A stretch of DNA of 30,145 nt from Clostridia bacterium (lineage in GTDB: Bacteria > Bacillota > Clostridia > Christensenellales > CAG-314). This document shows, in pieces, positions 25,395 through 30,145 of the stretch. A program made the position numbers and the translations under genes. Each line of letters starts with the position of its first letter. Within the stretch, counting starts at the first letter, position 1. Where the stretch lies: assembly GCA_035399325.1 (NCBI GenBank), contig DAOPIV010000001.1, forward strand, positions 1-30,145, read 5' to 3'. Below the pieces are notes generated by a model. That model was not told the origin of the DNA. It saw only the letters and a list, made by a program, of their open reading frames with translations, and did not search any database.

Positions 25395-25423
25395 ATGGTA
25401 TACCAATATTTTTAGTTTGTCAA
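25395..25423 (-). promoter_or_regulatory. Promoter of the leader ORF / ilvE-vor operon
   Basis: TTGACA-17 nt-TACCAT. Confidence 0.8.
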
Positions 25424-25472
25424 TAGACCAAAATGCTTTTTCTTGCCGAATTAAATAAAGCTATTTTTAGTC

Positions 25473-25501
25473 TTGCAATTTTTGTATTTTTGTGCAATAA
25501 T
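25473..25501 (+). promoter_or_regulatory. Promoter of the DUF885-like gene
   Basis: TTGCAA-17 nt-AATAAT with extended TG. Confidence 0.55.
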
Positions 25502-25586
25502 AGCTGAATATATATAGCTTAAGCAATTTTTTAATTTATAATAAAAAATCAATTTTTAGATAATATTTTAATATAAGGAGATTTAT

Positions 25587-27404
25587 ATGAAACAAAAACG
25601 GATTCGGTTACTGTCGCTTTTACTTGTAGCCGTTATGCTTTGCTCGGTAGCCTTGTTCTCAGGCTGCGAAGTGAAAGTTCCCATCACAGAAGAAGATTTT
25701 AATGAATTTTTAAACAATTTGTTTATTGAAAGCGTAACATCAAACACGATAACGCTTCACTACACATTGAAAGACCCGTCTGCTTACGGAATAGAAGATT
25801 TTGAGCCGACGATATATGACCTATCTATGGATGACATAGACGCATATTATCAAGACCTTCAAGATACTTGGCAATATCTTATTTCACTGAGCGACCGCAA
25901 TCTTACTCAAGAGCAAAAGTATATTTTAAAAATGCTCATTAAGTATTACGAATTAAATATTTCCGCCGAAGGACTTGATTACTACGGAACGTATCTCGAC
26001 AGCATAAGCGGCTTGCCCTCCAATATGCCCATAAACTTTGCGGAATACAAATTTTACACCGAAAAAGACGTGCAGGACTATTTAGCATTGTTAAACCAAT
26101 TCCCCACCCTTTTTGAACAGGCATTGGATTACGAAAGAACCCGTATTGAAATGGGGCTTGGGCTGTCCGACAGCACGCTTGACACGGTAATACAGCAATG
26201 CAACGATTTTATTTCTCACATTGACGACAACTACCTAATACTTACTTTCGACAGAAGAATAGATAATCTTGGTTTGTCCAGCGAATTGACAGCCGAATAC
26301 AAAGAACAAAACTATCAAGCTTTCACAACAAAGGTCGTACCAGCATATGAAAATATGGCGGTATCTTTGGAAGAATTCAAAGGTCAATGTGTAAATGACA
26401 AAGGTCTTTGCTATTTTGAAAGAGGAACGGATTATTACCAATATTTGACTTCTTATTACACAGGCACGGATTATACATTAGACGAACTCGTTGATATGTG
26501 TACGGAAAATCTTGTGAAATACAAAAACCAGTTTATAGGCTTATACACAAAAAATCCTACATTATTTGACAAAGTTTTTGACGCTTCGACTTATGGAATA
26601 GACCCCACTACTTATGAAGACAAGGATCGCCCTGAAGCAGCTGTCGTGTTGGAAGCGCTTTGCACTGATATACTCAGCGACCTGCAAATAAAAATGCTGG
26701 ATTATGTTCCCGCTTTATCAGACAGCAGTTTTTCAATATATTTTGTAGAAGAATCTTTGGAAGACTCTTTGTCTCCAGCATTCTATATGATTCCGCCTAT
26801 TGACGACTATAAAAACAATACAATATACGTAAATCTCGGTTCTGTTGATAGTTTAGGTTTGTATTCCACTCTTGCACACGAAGGATACCCGGGACATCTT
26901 TATCAGACGGTATACTTCAACGATACGAACCCGAATCCTATTCGCAACGTTGTGCAGTTTGACGGTTATGTTGAGGGTTGGGCAGTATATATGGAAAATT
27001 ATTCCTACGTTATGTATGACTTTGGTACAAACAACGAAACTATAACCTCAATGGCTTACAGCTATTCTATAATGGCACTGCTTCTTTATAGCCGTGTTGA
27101 CTTAGGTGTAAATTATCAAGGTTGGACAGTTAGCGATACACAAAATTATATCAACGCTTTGGGACTAAACGGAGATATTGCCCAAGACATTATGGATATG
27201 GTTATCTCATCGCCCGCAACATATCTTAAATATTCAATAGGTTATTTGGAAATGATACGGCTTCAAAATTATGCCAAAAAAGAACTTGGCTCATTATTTG
27301 ATATGGTAGAATTTAATACCGTTATTCTTGACATCGGTCCTATGCAATTTAGTATTGTAGAAGAAGCGGTACAGGCATATATCGACTCAAAATTGGCATC
27401 TTAA
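25587..27404 (+). CDS. DUF885-like lipoprotein, putative metallopeptidase-like protein
   Basis: Signal peptide with lipobox VALFSGC; PAFYMIPP, TLAHEGYPGHLYQ, YVEGWAVYME, YLKYSIGYLE motifs; AAGGAG RBS. Confidence 0.8.
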   Translation: MKQKRIRLLSLLLVAVMLCSVALFSGCEVKVPITEEDFNEFLNNLFIESVTSNTITLHYTLKDPSAYGIEDFEPTIYDLSMDDIDAYYQDLQDTWQYLISLSDRNLTQEQKYILKMLIKYYELNISAEGLDYYGTYLDSISGLPSNMPINFAEYKFYTEKDVQDYLALLNQFPTLFEQALDYERTRIEMGLGLSDSTLDTVIQQCNDFISHIDDNYLILTFDRRIDNLGLSSELTAEYKEQNYQAFTTKVVPAYENMAVSLEEFKGQCVNDKGLCYFERGTDYYQYLTSYYTGTDYTLDELVDMCTENLVKYKNQFIGLYTKNPTLFDKVFDASTYGIDPTTYEDKDRPEAAVVLEALCTDILSDLQIKMLDYVPALSDSSFSIYFVEESLEDSLSPAFYMIPPIDDYKNNTIYVNLGSVDSLGLYSTLAHEGYPGHLYQTVYFNDTNPNPIRNVVQFDGYVEGWAVYMENYSYVMYDFGTNNETITSMAYSYSIMALLLYSRVDLGVNYQGWTVSDTQNYINALGLNGDIAQDIMDMVISSPATYLKYSIGYLEMIRLQNYAKKELGSLFDMVEFNTVILDIGPMQFSIVEEAVQAYIDSKLAS

Positions 27405-27431
27405 CAGAAATAAACCCAGCATAAAAAACAC

Positions 27432-27463
27432 AAAAACCCCGAAAAAATCGGGGTTTTTATTTT
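27432..27463 (+). terminator. Intrinsic terminator after the DUF885-like gene
   Basis: AAAAACCCCG-AAAAAAT-CGGGGTTTTTATTTT. Confidence 0.88.
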
Positions 27464-27499
27464 TACCAAAAAAACGTATTACAAATTTCTTTGTATAGC

Positions 27500-27528
27500 T
27501 ATTCAATCAAAAATTTTTGTGCTAAAAT
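27500..27528 (+). promoter_or_regulatory. Probable extended -10 promoter for the flavoprotein/Fe-S cluster
   Basis: TG-C-TAAAAT at 27520-27528; -35 (TATTCA) is weak. Confidence 0.45.
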
Positions 27529-27594
27529 GTGTGTGCCTAAATGAACGTTTAGCTATTTTTTATGGCTTATTTTTTATACATTACGGAGGGGAAA

Positions 27595-27906
27595 ATGCGA
27601 ATTGAGAAACATCCAATCTTGACCTTTGAAAAAGGTGAAATCGTGACTTTTACTTTCAACGGCACGATTTACCAAGGCATCAAAGGCGAGCCTATCGCAA
27701 GCGCGCTCCACGCCAACGGCGTAAGGACGCTCGGACACACACACGACAAAAATCGACCGCGCGGACTTTATTGCGCCATCGGAAACTGCAGCAGCTGTCT
27801 TGCCACCGTCAACGGCAAACCAAACGTAAGAATTTGCGTTGAGCCTTTGACTGACGGAATGGTTGTGACTCAGCAAAAAGGACGGGGGGTACTGAAAAAT
27901 GATTAA
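27595..27906 (+). CDS. [2Fe-2S]-binding protein (N-terminal domain of sarcosine oxidase alpha / PdhA / HcnA type)
   Basis: GEPIASALHANG, RPRGLYCAIGNCSSCLATVNGKPNVRIC (Cx4Cx2C..C); start at ATG 27595 after GGAGGG. Confidence 0.88.
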   Translation: MRIEKHPILTFEKGEIVTFTFNGTIYQGIKGEPIASALHANGVRTLGHTHDKNRPRGLYCAIGNCSSCLATVNGKPNVRICVEPLTDGMVVTQQKGRGVLKND

Positions 27907-28978
27907 AACAGACGTTGCCGTCATCGGCGGCGGTCCTGCTGGAATGTGTGCCGCAATCGAAGCGGCAAATGCAGGCGCTAAAGTAATAATTTTTGAAAGA
28001 AACTCTAGTCTGGGCGGACAGCTTGTAAAACAAACGCATATGTTTTTCGGTTCGCAAAAACAATATGCGTCAACCCGAGGATTTGACATCTCAAAAATAT
28101 TGCGTGACCAAATATCACAAAATGAAAATATAACCGTTTTGACAAATGCCACCGTCATAGGCATGTATGAAGACGGCGTGCTGACTGTAGAACACGAGAA
28201 TAAATATAAAAAAGTTTTGCCCCGAGCAACGGTAGTGGCAACGGGCGCAAGTGAAAAGTTTTTACCTTTCAACAACAACGACTTGCCAGGCATTTACGGT
28301 GCAGGCGCTGTTCAGACACTTATGAATGTATACGGCGTAAAACCGGGTGACGAGGTGGTAATGGTAGGCGCAGGTAATATAGGTCTTATCGTCAGTTATC
28401 AGCTTTTGCAGGCAGGAGTAAAAGTAAACGCCGTAATAGACGCCGCTCCTCGTATTGGCGGCTACTTGGTACACGCAAGTAAAATCCGCCGTATGGGCGT
28501 GCCAATACTTACTTCCACCACAGTAAAAACAGCTCACGGAACTGACTGCGTAGAAGGCGTTACTTTGGTAAAACTTGACGAAAATTGGAAAGAAATTCCC
28601 GATAGCGAATTTTACATTCCTTGCGACAATCTGTGTATAGCAGTGGGACTTTCACCATTAACCGAACTTATGTGGCAGATTGGTATAGAAATGGCTTATG
28701 TGCCACAGCTTGGCGGATACGTGCCGAAAAGCAACAAAAATATGCAGACAAGCCGTCCCGAAGTTTTTGTGGCTGGCGATGCCTCAGGCGTAGAAGAAGC
28801 AAGCTCCGCAATGGTAGAAGGTCGTATTGCGGGATTGAACGCAGCAGCATTTTTGGGTTTCAAAAATTCCGAAACCGACAGCAAACTGGCAGACTATTTT
28901 GAGCAGGCGGATTCATTAAGAAGCGGCCCTGTCGGCGAAAAAATACGCGCGGGTCTAAAACTCGCCGAATTGGATTAA
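27899..28978 (+). CDS. NAD(P)/FAD-dependent oxidoreductase (PdhA/HcnB/sarcosine oxidase alpha-like)
   Basis: VIGGGPAG, LGGQLVKQTHMFFG, VVATGASE, NNDLPGIYGAGAVQ, VGAGNIG, VFVAGDASGVEEASSAMVEGRIAG. Confidence 0.88.
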   Translation: MIKTDVAVIGGGPAGMCAAIEAANAGAKVIIFERNSSLGGQLVKQTHMFFGSQKQYASTRGFDISKILRDQISQNENITVLTNATVIGMYEDGVLTVEHENKYKKVLPRATVVATGASEKFLPFNNNDLPGIYGAGAVQTLMNVYGVKPGDEVVMVGAGNIGLIVSYQLLQAGVKVNAVIDAAPRIGGYLVHASKIRRMGVPILTSTTVKTAHGTDCVEGVTLVKLDENWKEIPDSEFYIPCDNLCIAVGLSPLTELMWQIGIEMAYVPQLGGYVPKSNKNMQTSRPEVFVAGDASGVEEASSAMVEGRIAGLNAAAFLGFKNSETDSKLADYFEQADSLRSGPVGEKIRAGLKLAELD

Positions 28979-28992
28979 CGGAGGAAAGTAAA

Positions 28993-29763
28993 ATGTTAGA
29001 AAAAACAGGTATAGCAACAAAGGAACAAATAGAATCCGTTACTCCGTCAGCTGAACGCAGAGGCAAAGGCGCAATCGCAATATGCGAATGTTTTCAAAAC
29101 ATTCCTTGCAATCCTTGCTACACTTCTTGCAAATTCGGCGCTATGAAACCCCTCATCGACATAAATGAGCGTCCTGAAGTAAACCCCGATAAATGCACGG
29201 GCTGCGGTATTTGCATAAGCAACTGCCCTGGGCTGGCGATTTTTGTAATAGACGAAACTTATTCCGAAACCGAAGCTTTGGTAAAACTCCCTTACGAATT
29301 TTTGCCATTACCCGAAAACGGAACTTTCGTCACTGGAACGGACAGAGCGGGAAAAGCCGTGTGCCGCGCAAAAGTGATAAAAGTTTTGAACACAGCAGCA
29401 CAAGACAAGACTCCCGTGGTTTGGCTTGCCGTACCGAAAGAACTTTCAATGACTGTAAGAAGTTTCAAAATAGACGATATATATAGCGACAACACATATT
29501 TGTGCCGTTGCGAAGAAGTGACATTGGGGCAAGTGCGTGAACTTATCCGCAAAGGTTACACCAGCGTGGATGAAATCAAACGTATTTCACGTGCGGGAAT
29601 GGGACCTTGTCAAGGAAAGACGTGCAGACAGCTTATTATGAACGAAATTTCAAAAATGACTGGCGAAAAAATCCAAGATATGCCCGTATCTACTTTTAGA
29701 CCGCCAGTCAGACCAATAAAACTTGGAATGCTGGCACAAAGCGAGGATGAAACAAATGAGTGA
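28993..29763 (+). CDS. Fusion of 2x[4Fe-4S] ferredoxin domain and BFD-like [2Fe-2S] domain
   Basis: CFQNIPCNPCYTSC, CTGCGICISNC, then LCRCEEV...KRISRAGMGPCQGKTC...TFRPPVRP. Confidence 0.88.
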   Translation: MLEKTGIATKEQIESVTPSAERRGKGAIAICECFQNIPCNPCYTSCKFGAMKPLIDINERPEVNPDKCTGCGICISNCPGLAIFVIDETYSETEALVKLPYEFLPLPENGTFVTGTDRAGKAVCRAKVIKVLNTAAQDKTPVVWLAVPKELSMTVRSFKIDDIYSDNTYLCRCEEVTLGQVRELIRKGYTSVDEIKRISRAGMGPCQGKTCRQLIMNEISKMTGEKIQDMPVSTFRPPVRPIKLGMLAQSEDETNE

Positions 29764-30145
29764 ATATAAAGCGAGTATAGTCATAATCGGCGGCGGTATT
29801 TCGGGCGTTTCCACCGCATACGAACTGGCAAAACGTGGAATGAAAGACATTATCGTTGTCGAAAGGGATTACATAGCCAGCGGTTCGACAGGCAGATGCG
29901 GCGCAGGCGTACGTATGCAATGGGGAACGGAAATGAACTGCCGTTTGTCAAAATACGCTATCGAAAGATATGAAAAAGCGCAGGAAGAGCTTGATTACGA
30001 ATTTGATATAGAATTCAAGCAAGAAGGCTATTTAATCGTTGCGGCGACAGAAAAAGAGATGAATCAATTCCGCAAAAATGTGGAGCTTCAAAACAGCCTT
30101 GGCATACCAAGCAAACTTGTAACGCCAAAAGAAGCAAAAGAAATC
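29756..30145 (+). CDS. FAD-dependent amino acid dehydrogenase, DAO family (PdhB/sarcosine oxidase beta-like); truncated by window edge, absent from ORF track
   Basis: Manual translation: MSEYKASIVIIGGGISGVSTAYELAKRGMKDIIVVERDYIASGSTGRCGAGVRMQWGTEMN...FKQEGYL...FRKNVELQNSLGIPSKLVTPKEAKEI; overlaps the upstream stop; GAGGA RBS. Confidence 0.9.
   Translation, partial: MSEYKASIVIIGGGISGVSTAYELAKRGMKDIIVVERDYIASGSTGRCGAGVRMQWGTEMNCRLSKYAIERYEKAQEELDYEFDIEFKQEGYLIVAATEKEMNQFRKNVELQNSLGIPSKLVTPKEAKEI

Noticed and set aside
27595-30145. Calling the cluster HCN synthase (hcnABC) or sarcosine oxidase
   Set aside because: Same superfamilies, but the extra ferredoxin-BFD gene, the gene order and the RCGAGVRMQW motif fit PdhAFXB better; no substrate-specific symbol assigned.
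1-30145. CRISPR array, tRNA/rRNA, IS/transposase, prophage or integrase, stop-codon recoding
   Set aside because: No spaced repeats, cloverleafs or mobile-element motifs seen; all spacers are short and explained by promoters and terminators; TGA, TAA and TAG all act as stops.

Overview
AT-rich chromosomal window from a low-GC Firmicute, most likely a spore-forming Clostridia-like organism (spoVT, sigma-A-type promoters, GGAGG RBSs; taxonomy is inference). No mobile element, CRISPR array, rRNA or tRNA is visible. Left part (minus strand): the pth-mfd-prsA-like-spoVT-yabM(SpoVB family)-mazG cluster with a PIG-L deacetylase inserted, then dusB, an alpha/beta hydrolase lacking its nucleophile Ser, and a partial pgk. 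Middle: a Na+-translocating oxaloacetate decarboxylase-type operon (alpha, gamma/delta, separate biotin carrier, beta, birA), cardiolipin synthase, an FAH-family protein and a TetR regulator. Right part: ilvE + four-subunit 2-oxoacid:ferredoxin oxidoreductase (VOR-like) + acyl-CoA transferase, a DUF885-like lipoprotein, and a four-gene flavin/Fe-S cluster resembling the archaeal heterotetrameric dye-linked L-proline dehydrogenase (last gene partial). The most striking unannotated element lies upstream of ilvE: a near-consensus promoter, an RBS, a 32-codon ORF with 15 Leu/Ile/Val codons (25278-25376, minus), an 11-bp internal hairpin and an intrinsic terminator 6 nt after the stop. This looks like a leader-peptide attenuator controlling the branched-chain amino acid / branched-chain acyl-CoA operon, possibly with inverted (substrate-on) logic. 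All functional calls come from motif recognition by eye; no database search was run.
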